DNA of 64,000 nt from NCBI GenBank assembly GCA_965178125.1, contig OZ237745.1:992001-1056000 (forward strand), written 5' to 3'. Shown here in pieces: positions 12,301 through 26,700 of this stretch; position 1 is the first letter of the stretch; every line of letters starts with the position of its first letter. A program made the translations under genes and the position numbers. This DNA comes from Bilabrum cf. latius. Its lineage: Eukaryota. Below the pieces are notes generated by a model that worked only from the letters and a program-made list of their open reading frames with translations, had not been told where the DNA came from and did no database searches.

Positions 12301-14367
12301 GCGGGCAAGATCAAGGTCCCAAGTAGTGTAATTGCGATGTTCTAGGAGAGTAGCACTGGACTGGACTCGATGCGTGATCTGGCGATGCTCATGGACGCCA
12401 GTCCTGGAGGAGCGAGACTTGCTGTTGCTGCCCTCAAGCTCAAGGACATCGTGTGGTTGTACCGCCGCGCCACTGCCGTGCATAGTGTCGTTTCTCTCGC
12501 TGAGAGTAAGGGCATCTCGACTGCCGCTTCATTGTTCCCTGGACTTGTGGCCAAGGTACCGGATGCAACGTTGCAAGAACTCAAGCGGGAGGCCCGAGCG
12601 GCTGCTGCAGCCCTCACCTGTGCGTCCTTCGCCCCCGAGGGCCATCCTCTCGCTTTGACCATGGCACTGGCTGGCAATAGCGGTGGCATCGACGCAGACA
12701 TTGATGGCGCGATAATGTCCTTTTAGGGCATTGGCGCTGGTCTGGAAGAGCTCCAAGGGCTTCAGACAGATTCCGGCGCTTGGCAACAGGCCGCTGCCCT
12801 GCGGCCCTGGGTGGACGATGAGGCGCGAGCGGTCAAGGGGGCTGGTGCTGAGCTCTGGAGGGTTCTGACGGGGTTTGCAGACGCCAAACTGTCGATGGCA
12901 GACGAGCGATACGCCGAGGCAGTGCGTCGCTTTGGGGTGGATGCAGGGGTGCCTATTGGCCGGCTTGTGTCTGACACGGTCCTTGCTGGATTCGATGAGG
13001 AGCAAGGAAGCATGCTGGTGGAAGCGTAGCGCAAGGCGCGTGAGAATTTGCAGCTGTACCAGGCAGCCATACTCAAAATCAGGGAAGGCGATGATTGGGA
13101 AGCTGCGGTCGGAGCGATGGGACTGCGGGTGGCGGCCAACTCTACAGTGGTCGAGATTGTGGCAGGAGGGGGCTCCCGGTTGCCAGTATTTGCGAAGGCG
13201 GTGCTAGAGTGCGCTATGCTGGAGGGCATCTCAGCTGACGGGGATGGCAAGCCCGGGTCTTCCTCCATCCTGGAGGTGATCGAGAGGGCGATCGCTGGGA
13301 CCACCAAGGAGGGCCAGGGGCTGTCCGATCACGCTACGGATGCGGTCCTCCTACAGCTGAGTGACAAGGGGCGTGCTGCAGCCGAAGTCTCGAAGGTATG
13401 TCGTGCTAGCGATCTGGGTGCCTGCGATGTGCGCAGCAGCCACGACTACCTCGACAGGATGGGCCCTGGACAGGGGCTCCAATCGCCCTACGCCATCCAG
13501 CGCCATGGTGGATTCAGCGATGACGATGAGAGGGCGCTGGACCTGCGGATGCAGAGCGACGGCAACTTGATCTTGAATCGCAAGTACAATAACTTCTGGG
13601 GTAATGACGACGAGGAGGTCATCTGGGCGAGCAATGGGGGTGACAAGGGCTACGGGCTGTACGGTGGCACGTATGTCTTCGTGTTGGAGAGCGGCGGTGA
13701 CCTGGTGGTGGTCGACAAAGACTCTGGCAGCGAGAGGTGGAGGATCGAGACTGGACGCAAGCGCCCTGTGAGGTCGCTAGAGCTGCAAGGGGATGGAAAT
13801 CTCGTCGTCTACCGCAAAACCGGCGAAGCTATTTGGTCTACCGATACGGACAGCTTCTATGGGGGCAACTATGGGGACGGTGAGTGGGCAGATGGAATGG
13901 AGGGCCTGAAGTATAAGGACGGCGACCCCATTTGCGACCCCGGCGCGCGTTCGTTCTGCACGAGCGCCGTCGGATCTCTTCGTATGGGCCGGAGCATCCG
14001 GTCGTCGATCTTCAGGGGGGAGCGTTTGAGGCAGGGTGAGACACTGAGGGATGCCGGCGACCCGAGGTACGCGCTGTTGATGCAGAGCGACGGCAACCTC
14101 GTGATGTATGGCCCCGATGGGGCTATTTGGGACTCTGACTCGGATGGAGAGGGCGCCTCGGGCGACTACCAGCTGATCTTTGATGTCCGCGGCGACCTGT
14201 ACGTCATTGACAAGAATGGGGAGGTGCTGTGGGATTTTGCCAACGATAACCTCGTGGCTGCAGGCATTCATAGGCGAGATGAGTTCGAGCCGCGCCTTTG
14301 GGGATACAACGGGGAGAACAGCGGAGAGCTGATCACTGGGAACGCGTGGCAGCGGACATGGGACTGA
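3373..14367 (+). CDS. Giant secreted bulb-lectin / OTU-like protein, copy A (~3,633 aa, 2 exons: 3373-3837, 3931-14367)
   Basis: All + strand ORF-track fragments from 3220 to 14367 share one frame and are separated only by TAG (23 counted) once the intron is removed; the frame ends at TGA 14365. Signal peptide MMLKIPCIVLSVIVVLYA. QxDGNLV-type motifs at 4789, 5530, 5920, 13552, 13786 and 14083. OTU-like GRGNCYF at ~10399-10419. Confidence 0.85.
3838..3930 (+). other. Spliceosomal intron (93 nt) in giant gene A
   Basis: GAA|GTGAGA donor and pyrimidine-rich CCCCAG| acceptor. It contains the only in-frame TGA (3919). The equivalent segment in copy B is 98 nt (not a multiple of 3), as expected for an intron. 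Confidence 0.8.
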
Positions 14368-17300
14368 TCTTGGTTCAGCTGGAGTCCCTTTTTTTTTGTA
14401 CTTTCGTGAAAGGTGTGTTGTGACGATTACATCGTTTCAAGGCGTATTCCCCCCGTGTTCCACTCTCACTCCGCCCTGCAAATCCCTCGCAAGCTCTTCT
14501 ATCCTGTCACCCTCCACAATCCCCCTCCTTTTTTAAAAAACAGCATTCCACTCCTCCGCACCTGATGACCCCAATCATCTTCTCCTCCACTAATTCCTCG
14601 CCCCTTTTCGGTGAACCGTCGCCCCTCTCCTTCTGCTCCGTCCTCACCCGGTAAGACTTGGGATCAGGCCCGACTGATTCCGAGTCGTTCGGGTCCTGGT
14701 TTGTGCTCCCGAGGCACTTCCCTTGGGGCAAGTGCTCGAGTGGAGGCTGAGAAGGAACACGCAGAACCACAGATATAGAGATCTGGGCACTGCCCTAGGG
14801 TGAGGCTGGTGCGGGCCAGCTCACCCCGTCCCCATCGCCGTCTTTCTCAGCAATTACCAACCGGCAGGTTGGACAGAGATTAATTATGCCTTCGTATTAT
14901 AACAAATCGGGACCCCCCCCTCCCTTCGCCCACCCCGCCGCTCCTATACTCCCTCACTAGCCGCTCTGTTTCAAATTGGGAGTCGCCGGCGGAGCGCGCG
15001 GAGAGTTCCGGTTTGATCGGACCGTGGAGAGTGGCCCTGGAATCTGGCACCCTTGTGGGAGCACGCGCAATAACTAGCGCAAAAAGATATAAATCTACGG
15101 CACAAGGTAACTGATACCTAGTGCACGAGGCGCACAACGGACGTTGTAGCTAAAGTTGACCCACCCACCCGTGAGCTGAACAGAGGGAGTGCGACCACAA
15201 GTGGAGCACCACCCATTCACGCCAGGGGCGATGAAGAGGATTCGGGACTAGGGGACCCAGCACACCGCATATGGTAGTATTTTTTGTTTGGTTGGTACTG
15301 ATTGAATTGATATCTGCCGGTAGGGAGCTCACGTTCCCTTCGACGACATGATGGGTGGAGGTGAGGGCGGGCCGAGGGCGGCCGCCCTGTGGTGGTGCTG
15401 GCGGAGGGCCAGCCCCCATCATCACTGTCGCCGTCTTTCTCAGCAACTGTACCCGGCAGGGTAGATAGCGATTACGTATGCCACAGATCCATCAACTCTG
15501 TACGGTCTCTCTCACTCCTCCGCATCGCTACGTCGCATCTAAGCCTGCACCTCGAGCGGGTCCTGCGCCCACCGCGCGACCTCAATCTCAAAAACCTTGC
15601 TGGCTAGCCTCACCAACACAGATGTGGCTTGACCTCAGCTTCCGCCACTCATGTCAAGATCAACGGAGTCTCCCAAGCAGTGCCTATCCGGGGGATGAAC
15701 TGACGGTGTACATACACAGACTGCAAAATAGTACCCGGGACTAGGTTCGATTAGTGCCCAAGCTAAGAGCTCATTTCATGGCCTCACCCAGTAGCTTTAC
15801 GCGCGCCTCGTGCCCTCCCACCCTTTTTGCCTCCGCAGAAGTCACCCACATCCACACCATCACCCCTTTCACCTACATTTGCACCTTCACCTACAGCACC
15901 CCCGTCTTGGGCCCCCAAAGCCCCTAGCTCTCGATCGCTCGTGCGGAACGCAACAGCGTCTGGCTCCAAGCACTCGCTGAACACGTCCGTCTGATGCTCA
16001 GCATACACAGGAGCTCCTCCCGTAACCCCGTGCAACGATGATAAGAGGTCGAGGACAGTAAGGGGGAGCTGGTAAGGGGTGGGAACATGCATTCCAGAGC
16101 AGTAAAGAGGGGGGTTGTGGTGGGTGAGAGGAGTGATGGAAGAGTCTGGCAGGAGGCGCGGGAAGTGCGGGGCTGAGCAAGGACGGAAAACGGGGCGAAT
16201 ATCCATACGTCATTCAATACTATATAGTCGTTAAACTACATACACTCGCGAGGGAAAGCAATTTGGTGCGAAGAGGCAAGCTGTTCCACATCTCGGGCCA
16301 GGCTGTTTTACTGGGTCGCTTCCATATCCAGGGGACTGAAGACCCGGTAAACCTCCCTGATGAGATCCCCACGATACTTCCTGGTCTCCCTGGCCGATTG
16401 CTTGAGCACGACGTCCACCAGATCCAAGGGATTGCTAGCAACCCGATGGTACATGGTGTGGAAGACGCACGCATCACCGCGCAAGTGCTCGCTCTACTAG
16501 GCGGGAATCGAGATCCTGGCCGTGGCAATGACCAACCAGCCCTCACGAGCCCCCGTCGGGCGCACGGCCTTTGAGGAGTCCTCCAGAGGCTTGGCATGCG
16601 CTCGGCGGGCACGCGAAGGATACGACGTGCTCGTACCTCTGGGTACCACTGACGTGGGACTCCAGCTGAACCAAGATCAGTCCCATGTCCGCTGCCACGC
16701 GTTCCCAGTGATCAGCTCTCCGCTGTTCTCCCCGTTGTATCCCCAAAGGCGCGGCTCGAACTCATCTCGCCTATGAATGCCTGCAGCCACGAGGTTATCG
16801 TTGGCAAAATCCCACAGCACCTCCCCATTCTTGTCAATGACGTACAGGTCGCCGCGGACATCAAAGATCAGCTGGTAGTCGCCCGAGGCGCCCTCTCCAT
16901 CCGAGTCAGAGTCCCAAATAGCCCCATCGGGGCCATACATCACGAGGTTGCCGTCGCTCTGCATCAACAGCGCGTACCTCGGGTCGCCGGCATCCCTCAG
17001 TGTCTCACCCTGCCTCAAACGCTCCCCCCTGAAGATCGACGACCGGATGCTCCGGCCCATACGAAGAGATCCGACGGCGCTCGAGCAGAACGCACGCGCC
17101 CCGGGGTCGCAAATGGGATCGCCGTCCTTATACTCAAGGCCCTCCATTCCATCTGCCCACTCACCGTCCCCATAGTTGCCCCCATAGAAGCTGTCCGTAT
17201 CGGTAGACCAAATAGCTTCGCCGGTTTTGCGGTAGACGACGAGATTTCCATCCCCTTGCAGCTCTAGCGACCTCACAGGGCGCTTGCGTCCAGTCTCGAT

Positions 17301-20300
17301 CCTCCACCTCTCGCTGCCAGAGTCTTTGTCGACCACCACCAGGTCACCGCCGCTCTCCAACACGAAGACATACGTGCCACCGTACAGCCCGTAGCCTTTG
17401 TCACCACCATTGCTCGCCCAGATGACCTCCTCGTCGTCATTACCCCAGAAGTTATTGTACTTGCGATTCAAGATCAAGTTGCCGTCGCTCTGCATCCGCA
17501 AGTCCAGCGCCCTCTCATCTTCATCGCTGAATCCACCATGGCGCTGGATGGCGTAGGGCGATTGGAGCCCCTGTCCAGGGCCCATCCTGTCGAGGTAGTC
17601 GTGGCTGCTGCGCACATCGCAGGCCCCCAGATCGCTCGCCCGACATACCTTCGAGACTTCGGCTGCAGCACGCCTCTTGTCACTCAGCTGTAGGAGGACC
17701 GCATCCGTAGCGTGGTCGGACAGCCCCTGGCCCTCCTTGGCTGTCCCAGCGATCGCCCTCTCGATCACCTCCAGGATGGAGGAAGACCCGGGCTTGCCAT
17801 CCCCGTCAGCTGAGATGCCCTCCAGCATAGCGCACTCTAGCACCGCCTTCGCAAATACTGGCAACCGGGAGCCCCCTCCTGCCACAATCTCGACCACTGT
17901 AGAGTTGGCCGCCACCCGCAGTCCCATCGCTCCGACCGCAGCTTCCCAATCATCGCCTTCCCTGATTTTGAGTATGGCTGCCTGGTACAGCTGCAAATTC
18001 TCACGCGCCTTGCGCTACGCTTCCACCAGCATGCTTCCTTGCTCCTCATCAAATCCAGCAAGGACCGTGTCAGACACAAGCCGGCCAATAGGCACCCCTG
18101 CATCCACCCCAAAGCGACGCACTGCCTCGGCGTATCGCTCGTCTGCCATCGACAGTTTGGCGTCTGCAAACCCCGTCAGAACCCTCCAGAGCTCAGCACC
18201 AACCCCCTTGACCGCTCGCGCCTCATCGTCCACCCAGGGCCGCAGGGCAGCGGCCTGTTGCCAAGCGCCGGAATCTGTCTGAAGCCCTTGGAGCTCTTCC
18301 AGACCAGCGCCAATGCCCTAAAAGGACATTATCGCGCCATCAATGTCTGCGTCGATGCCACCGCTATTGCCAGCCAGTGCCATGGTCAAAGCGAGAGGAT
18401 GGCCCTCGGGGGCGAAGGACGCACAGGTGAGGGCTGCAGCAGCCGCTCGGGCCTCCCGCTTGAGTTCTTGCAACGTTGCATCCGGCACATTGGCCACAAG
18501 TCCAGGGAACAATGAAGCGGCAGTCGAGATGCCCTTACTCTCAGCGAGAGAAACGACACTATGCACGGCAGTGGCGCGGCGGTACAACCACACGATGTCC
18601 TTGAGCTTGAGGGCAGCAACAGCAAGTCTCGCTCCTCCAGGACTGGCGTCCATGAGCATCGCCAGATCACGCATCGAGTCCAGTCCAGTGCTACTCTCCT
18701 AGAACATCGCAATTACACTACTTGGGACCTTGATCTTGCCCGCAGCGGTGGTAATGCTGGAGGGGAGTTTGCCGATCCTCTTCAGCAGCTGTCTACCGCG
18801 ATGCCGCTGCTACACCACAGCAACGTCTCGATTGCTTTCTGTCTCCGGGGAATACCCTCCTTGCAAAATGGCTACAGCTGGGGTCGGACCACCCTGCTGT
18901 GCCAGCAAGTTGCCGTCTGACCCAGTGTCCTCCTCGCTGTTGTCCGCCGAAAAGAGTGCCTCTTCGAACATCTCGCTGGCGTCCTTGATCCCCATCCCAG
19001 CGATTGCCACCTCGGGAGCACCGCTACAGGTATCATTCTGCGCTGATGATCCATGGCCCTAGTCAATATCGCTCCCATGGAAGGGACCCACACCTCGAAG
19101 CCCCCTGACCGCTTCGAGAATCTCGGCCACGTCGAACAGCACACCAAGCTACTCCGCGTGGTCAAGCACCGCGCCCTCCGTGGCAACGCCCATGCCTTCC
19201 ACTAGGTGCAGCGCACGCTCTCGGTCCTCCTCGGCGCGCACACGCGCTTCAGATGCTGCCAGCATCACTGCTGCGACAGGCAGCTTCAACCCGCTGATTT
19301 TCTCGGTGACGCGACCCACGTCTGCTCCCACACGGGTTGCCAGCTACGTCAGCAGCGCTACGCGTTGCAGCTGGAGCTCCTCCCACCCGGACCTTCCAGC
19401 CTTGACCGACGCACTCACAACATCTGCATACAATGACCCGTTGAGAGAGGCTCCAGAGCCGCCGAAGCGGTACGTCGCCACGTAGGCTGGCACCTGCGGC
19501 CGCAGGACGGAAGCAATACTGGACAGCCTCAAGATGATGGTCTTGACGCAGCTATCGGATGAAAACCCGAGAAGATCCACACCCTGCATCCCCATCAGCT
19601 CCACATACTGGTCCAGCACCTTGTGCTCCAGCCCGGCCAGCTCCATCCCACCGACGGGGAGAACAGCTGCTAGGCCGAGAACGCTTGCCGTCTTCCCCAC
19701 ATCACGAAGCCTCTCCATGCTTGGAGCGCTGTCACTGCCGAAGAACTCCCTGATGATCCCTTGCTCATCAATGGCAACCGCTGGGCCCGACTTGCTCGCA
19801 TTGGCCTTGGCTGTCTCGATGCATGACAGGGCAGAAATGGCAGGGTCCACCGACTCCAACTCCTCGAGTTTCGATCGAAGCGCGGATTTCTCTGCGTGGG
19901 ACAGCTTCCCTTCTGCGGACCCACTGCTAGTCACCAGAGCCTCAATCGCTGCCTTTGTGGATCGTGCACGATCCATGAATGCGGCTGCGATGTTGGGGCA
20001 CGTGCGGGTACTGACGCCACCTGGGGAGCCGGGACCATGCTTCGTGCTGGAGGTCCCATGCAGCCGTGCATGCCGAAGGGCATATCTATTCATGGACCGC
20101 CGGGAATGCTGCAGCTGCAGCAGCACAGAGCCTTCCCCTGCCTGGCCCAGAACTCCACCTTTCTTCCCCTTCTCGTATTTCTCGTACTGCTTCTGGGGGA
20201 TCCACGTCTTCTTCAGGTCTTCGGCCGCGGCAATCAGCTGGTCTACGGCTTCGTCCGAGATTGTGTCCGGGTCGAAGGCCATCGCGTGGCCAGGCTTGTG

Positions 20301-23300
20301 ATAGATCACCACGGGCTTCTTGCCCATGACCTCAAGGTTGGTGAAATGCTACACGGGAGCTACTTCTATCTCCCAATCCGCCTTGTTGTTGACGTAGATG
20401 ATCGGCCGATCCAGTGCTTCCACCATGGCATGGTTAACCTCGTGCACGCTAGTGTACATGCCCTGCCTGTCCGCCGTGAGCATGTACGACGCAGCATCGC
20501 CTCCCGACAAATCAACACCCCTCTTCGAGGTAAACGATACGTCCATGTCCTTGAGCTTCTCCCCGAACTTGCGGCGAAGGCTCGCGGCGTCCTTGATCTC
20601 GGGCGTCTGCCGCAGCACGCTGTCGAAGTAGCAGTTGCCGCGACCCCGCACCTCCTCGACGCGCAGCTTGTCTACCACACTCTTCAGCTTCTTGCCCTGC
20701 GCATCCCCCATCAGCTTCGCTGCCTGGTCCATCGATGATTGCATACTCATCGTATTCTTGATGTCGTACACCATCTGCCACCTCGTCTAAGCCAAGCGCC
20801 CCAGGATGCGGTCGGTCTGCCCGTTCGTCAGGCACAGGGGGTCGCTCGGGTCAAACAGCCGGTCCAGGGTCTTGATGTCCATCTTCGCCGCACTGTCGAT
20901 CTTGCCCGTCTCTGCCGAAAGTGGTGGCTGAGGGCGGGCGAGCACGTACTCAGCCTGCTGCTTCGTCATGACGCCGCGAGACCGGCTGTGGGCCACCACA
21001 GCATCGTCGATGGCCCGGTCCATGTTGGCCAGCGTGGTAGCGTCCTTTGGTGCCACACCTCCGTGCGCCTTCGTGGTCCAAAGGTCCAGCCTGGTCATCT
21101 TCTCGTCCAGCTGGTTCTTCTTCAGGTATGAAGCCAGCAGGTCCGAGGACCGCATGGCACCCATGAAATCGTCGTCTCGCAGCAGCTAGGACCCAAGCCC
21201 TTCGGCGACCATGCTATCGGGGCCCACCAGCCCAAGGTCCCGCTTCGCCTTCGTCCCCATCAGCTGAACGGGATCCGCCAGAGACGTGAGCAGCTCCATC
21301 TCGTCCTTCTTGCCCACCAGCTAGCACAACTCGTCGCTGAAGCGGAACGACGAAGGCATGCTGTCGTAGTGCTCCAGACCCTGCTCCGCCAACGCTGTCA
21401 GAGAGCCATCCTTGGTCACCAGCTCCTTGCGTGTCATGAGGGCGGGGTTCTTGGGGGCCGAGTCGTCCACCCTCTTGACGGTCCCGTCCTTGATTCCTTC
21501 CTTGAGCCTGTCGATCTGCTCCTTCAAGACAGAGTCCGAGAAGACGCTCTCCGATACACTCGACCCATCGGCCTTCTTGGACAAGTGAAGCACCGGGTGG
21601 TCAGCGGGAATGAGAGCCTTGTACTCTGCCACGAGATCCGAGGCCGCAACCTCGGGGTTAGCGGTCACGCGATCCACCACGAGATTGATCTGCTTCTGCC
21701 GGAAGGCCAGCGAGTCCAGCACCGACTGGGGCAGCACGGGGCGACGGGACACTAGCTTGCCTGCCACCTACTCTTTCACACTTTCTGGCAGGCCCTGCAG
21801 GACGGCAGCAACGTCCGTCTCACTCATGCCTTTGATCAGTCCCTGTCTGCCTGACGAAAACACATCCCTTACCTCGAACGTGGGAAAGTACCCGCCAACA
21901 AAGTCCTGCTTCACACCCTTGCGGAGAGCCCGGCGACACTCCATCACCTCATCCGATGCCCCCGCCCACTTCCTCGTCGACAGCCCCGAAAGCGCCTTTG
22001 ACTTGGCGCTCGAGCCGATGGGCTCTCGTGATGGCAGAGTGAATTTCATGTCGGGACCGACATGCACTATATCATCTAGTACCCCCTGGCGCAGTTCTTC
22101 GCTCTCGACCGCCTATGGCATGATGTCAACGTCACGGTACCGGTCCACGCCAGTGTGCAGAGCAGAGTCGTCCAGCATCGTCTTCACATCTTTGCTGCCT
22201 TGCGTGGCACCATCGACTGCACTATTTGGAATGCCCGATTGGTAGAAGTCCTGTAGCTCTCTAGCGGCATCCCTGCCCACCAACTCTTCCAGGTCACCGA
22301 GTCCGCCCCCTGTGACTCGTCTCATCAAGATGTGGATCTCGTCCGTCGGTAGGTCTTTCACGAAGGCGAGTGCCTGTTGCTGCTCTTTGGCCCACTTGCC
22401 CTTGCCAGTCAGCCACCAGAACCAGCTGTTTGCCTTCATCGCGTCACGATACATGGCGCACCGGCTGGCATCTAGCATGACGTCCAGACGCACCTCTGGG
22501 CTGGCCTTGACAGTCTTGCGCCAGGCCTGCAGCCACTTCTTGCGGGCACGCTTGGTGGAGATGCCGGCCTGCCGGAGGAGGTCCGAGAAAGGCGATCCCT
22601 TGGGGGCCACCATCGCCTCCAGCAGCTCGGCCCTTGCGCGAGCCTCTACTGCCGCCATGGCACTGCTCGACTTGTCCATAACCATTACCCTAGCGGTCAC
22701 CTTCTTGATCTGCTTCGAGGCAGTCGCACCCCTCTCCAGCAGCTCATCCATCACGGGCCTTGTCGTCTCGGTGGCCTTGTGCATCGCCAGCAGAACCTCC
22801 TCTTGAATGGCATCTCCCACCGGTGGCTTATTCTTGTCGATTCGGGCAAGCATCTCCAATAGGACAGACTTCATGCGAGCGCCGCCGTCAAGCTCCGAAA
22901 TCGCAGTATTGCGGTGCCACTGTCGTGGCTTGAGCTGCTGCCACAGCGATGCGGCATCCATGTTCGATGGGGACTCTAGCATGCCGCCAATGGCACCCGT
23001 ATTGAGGCTAGGCTATGCTTTCTTGACTTCCACGAGGCGCTGATACAGACTTCCATCCACGTCACTGCCGTCAAGTAGCCTCACAAGCATTTCATTCTTG
23101 TCGCGGGCCACAGCATCTACGATTGCCTACGCAGGGACAAGGCTGTCGGGATTCGCAGGGTCTAGCACCATCGCTAAGGCTTTGCGCGCTTCTTGCAGCA
23201 CGTTCGATTGGCCATGATACACCCCTATTGAGTCATCAAGGTGAACGTAAACCGAGCTGAGCTGCTCAAGATTGGCTTCTGGCTGCAGCATCTGATCCAC

Positions 23301-23700
23301 GATGGTCTTGATCTTGCTTTCCAGCTGTAGGCCCGCATTCAGCTTCGTTGCAGCTGGGCCACCTTCGGCCAGTGTCGATACAACCCCGTCCAGCACGCCA
23401 GAACGGCCAAGGAAGGTGATGATGGAATCTTCCAGGGGCCCTCCAGGGCGTAGAGCCGCATTCTTGATGACTCTGTCAAGCGCAAGTGCGACAAGCTTCG
23501 ATCGCAGCTCCTGTGTGATCCTCTCGATATCCCTGGGCGGGGCGGCCTTGGCGACTCCCACTATGACGTCGATCACCGACTCGCCTGGCACATCATCGAA
23601 AGCAGCAATGGCTTTGAGCAGCTCGCTCGGTTTTTCGTCAAGCATTCGCCGAAGCATCTGCAGGTAGCCCTCGCTGCCCATGCTCTTCCGCAGATCGTTC
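7350..23700. repeat. Large inverted repeat: ~7-kb arms (about 7350-14388 and 16656-23700) around a ~2.3-kb spacer
   Basis: Equivalent positions sum to a constant 31044 (14367/16677, 13048/17996, 8062/22982, 7917/23127), so the arms are colinear with no net indel. The translated products are near-identical. Confidence 0.9.
15920..16020 (-). repeat. Dispersed ~100-bp repeat (partner of 2428-2529)
   Basis: The reverse complement matches 2428-2529 with a few substitutions and indels. Confidence 0.7.
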
Positions 23701-26700
23701 CAGCCGATCCGAAACATAATAAGCTGGGAAAGATATAAATTTTCTTCCCACTCATCGACGGTAGAATCAATCTTCTCCTTGACGTACTTGGCCTTCTCCG
23801 CCGGATCCGTGATCTTCATGAGGTCCATGTCCAGGTCCGTTTCTGCCTAAGGTACGTTCTCATCGACGATGTCAAGCCCAGGCTCCATGTCCTCCGCGTC
23901 CAGGCTATCCAGGAGATTCTTGCCCTCGCCATCTCCCGATGACTACGCAATGCTACCGACCCCATCCGACTCGCCGGCGCTAGCATCTACTCCAGGTCCC
24001 TTGGCATCCGACACGTCACCCAGTTCGTCCACGGCGCCCATATCCTTCGAGCCCTTCGACAATCCTGCTTTACTGCCCTTCCCGTACTTCTCGTACTGCT
24101 GCTGAGGGATCCACGTCTTCTTCAGGTCTTCGGCCGTAGCAATCAGCTGGTCTACGGCTTCGTCCGAGATTGTGTCCGGGTCGAAGGCCATCGCGTGGCC
24201 AGGCTCGTTATAGATCACCACGGGCTTCTTGCCCTTAACTTTCGGGTTGGTGTAATGCTACACGGGAGCTATTTTCATATCCCAATCCGCCTTGTCGTTG
24301 ACGTAGATGATCGGCCGATCCAGTGCTTCCACCATGGCTTGGTTGAATTCCTTCACCCTTGTGTACATGCCCTGCCTGTCCGCCGTGAGCATGTACGACG
24401 CAGCATCGCCTCCCGACAAATCAGCACCCCTCTTCGAGGTAAACGATATGTCCATGCCCTCAAGCTTCTCCCCGAACTTGCGGCGAAGGCTCGCGGCATC
24501 CTTGATCTCGGGCGTCTGCCGCAGCACGCTGTCGAAGTAGCAGTTGCCGCGACCCCGCACCTCCTCGACGCGCAGCTTGTCTACCACACTCTTCAGCTTC
24601 TTGCCCTGCGCATCCCCTAACAATTTTGCGGTCTCATCCATTGATGATTGCATACTCATCGTGTTCGCGATGTCGTGCACCATCTGCAACCTCGTCTAAG
24701 CCAAGCGCCCCAGGATGCGGTCGGTCTGCCCGTTCGTCAGGCACAGGGGGTCGCTCGGGTCAAACAGCCGGTCCAGGGTCTTGATGTCCATCTTCGCCGC
24801 ACTGTCGATCTTGCCCGTCTCTGCCGAAAGTGGTGGCTGAGGGCGGGCGAGCACGTACTCAGCCTGCTGCTTCGTCATGACGCCGCGAGACCGGCTGTGG
24901 GCCACCACAGCATCGTCGATGGCCCGGTCCATGTTGGCCAGCGTGGTAGCGTCCTTTGGTGCCACACCTCCGTGCGCCTTCGTGGTCCAAAGGTCCAGCC
25001 TGGTCATCTTCTCGTCCAGCTGGTTCTTCTTCAGGTATGAAGCCAGCAGGTCCGAGGACCGCATGGCACCCATGAAATCGTCGTCTCGCAGCAGCTAGGA
25101 CCCAAGCCCTTCGGCGACCATGCTATCGGGGCCCACCAGCCCAAGGTCCCGCTTCGCCTTCGTCCCCATCAGCTGAACGGGATCCGCCAGAGACGTGAGC
25201 AGCTCCATCTCGTCCTTCTTGCCCACCAGCTAGCACAACTCGTCGCTGAAGCGGAACGACGAAGGCATGCTGTCGTAGTGCTCCAGACCCTGCTCCGCCA
25301 ACGCTGTCAGAGAGCCATCCTTGGTCACCAGCTCCTTGCGGGTCATGAGGGCGGGGTTCTTGGGGGCCGAGTCGTCCACCCTCTTGACGGTCCCGTCCTT
25401 GATTCCTTCCTTGAGCCTGTCGATCTGCTCCTTCAAGACAGAGTCCGAGAAGACGCTCTCCGATACACTCGACCCATCGGCCTTCTTGGACAAGTGAAGC
25501 ACCGGGTGGTCAGCGGGAATGAGAGCCTTGTACTCTGCCACGAGATCCGAGGCCGCAACCTCGGGGTTAGCGGTCACGCGATCCACCACGAGATTGATCT
25601 GCTTCTGCCGGAAGGCCAGCGAGTCCAGCTCCGACTGGGGCAGCACGGGGCGACGGGACACTAGCTTGCCTGCCACCTACTCTTTCACACTTTCTGGCAG
25701 GCCCTGCAGGACGGCAGCAACGTCCGTCTCACTCATGCCTTTGATCAGTCCCTGTCTCCCTAACAAAGTCACATCCCTTACCTCGAACGTGGGAAAGTAC
25801 CCGCCAACAAAGTCCTGCTTCACACCCTTGCGGAGAGCCCGGCGACACTCCATCACCTCATCCGATGCCCCCGCCCACTTCCTCGTTGACAGCCCCGAAA
25901 GCGCCTTTGACTTGGCGCTCGAGCCGATGGGCTCTCGTGATGGCAGAATGGGTATCTGTTTCGGACCGGCAGGCTTCATTCCATCCACTATGCCCTGGCG
26001 CAGCTCTTCGCTCTCGACCGCCTATGGCATGATGTCAACGTCACGGTACCGGTCCACGCCAGTGTGCAGGGCAGAGTCGTCCCAGGCCTGGCTCAGCTCC
26101 TCGATATCGATATCACCCGCTTCAGACATGGTGCGCTCACTGGTCACAAACCCAGCGGAGTCCATGCTATCCGCGTTGTGCGCATGGAACAGCCGCTCAG
26201 AAATGTCTTTCCCAACGGCTTCCTCCAAGTCACCTCCACCACTTCCAACTGCCCGCCGCACAAGGAGCTCCACCTCATCGTCTGTCATCATCACCAGGGC
26301 AGCAGCCGACTGTTGCTGCTCTTTGGCCCACTTGCCCTTGCCAGTCAGCCACCAGAACCAGCTGTCTGCCTTCATCGCGTCACGATACATGCCGCGCCGG
26401 CTGGCATCTAGCATGACGTCTAGATGCACCTGTGGGCTGGCCTTGACAGTCTTGCGCCAGGCCTGCAGCCACTTCTTGCGGGCGCTCTTGGTAGCCGCCC
26501 CGGACTGCTTCAGCACGTCAGTCAAGTAGTCCCCGCCATTGCGTCCCATCATGGCCTCCAGCAACGCCACCCGAGTCCTCGCCTGGCCCACTGACAAGCC
26601 GGGCAGCTCTCGCTTGGTCTGTTGAATCACCGCGTGGGCGGTGTTTCGCACGAGCTCTAACGTCTTGGTGCCCTCTGCCAGCAGCTTGTCCATCTCGGGC

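Noticed and set aside
16308-16679. TGA read-through (as Trp) extending giant gene B by ~120 codons (WD*SWFSW...)
   Set aside because: Similarity with copy A ends 21 bp after the TGA, TGA terminates other genes such as ERGIC3, and an open stretch of this length is unremarkable in GC-rich DNA with only two stop codons.
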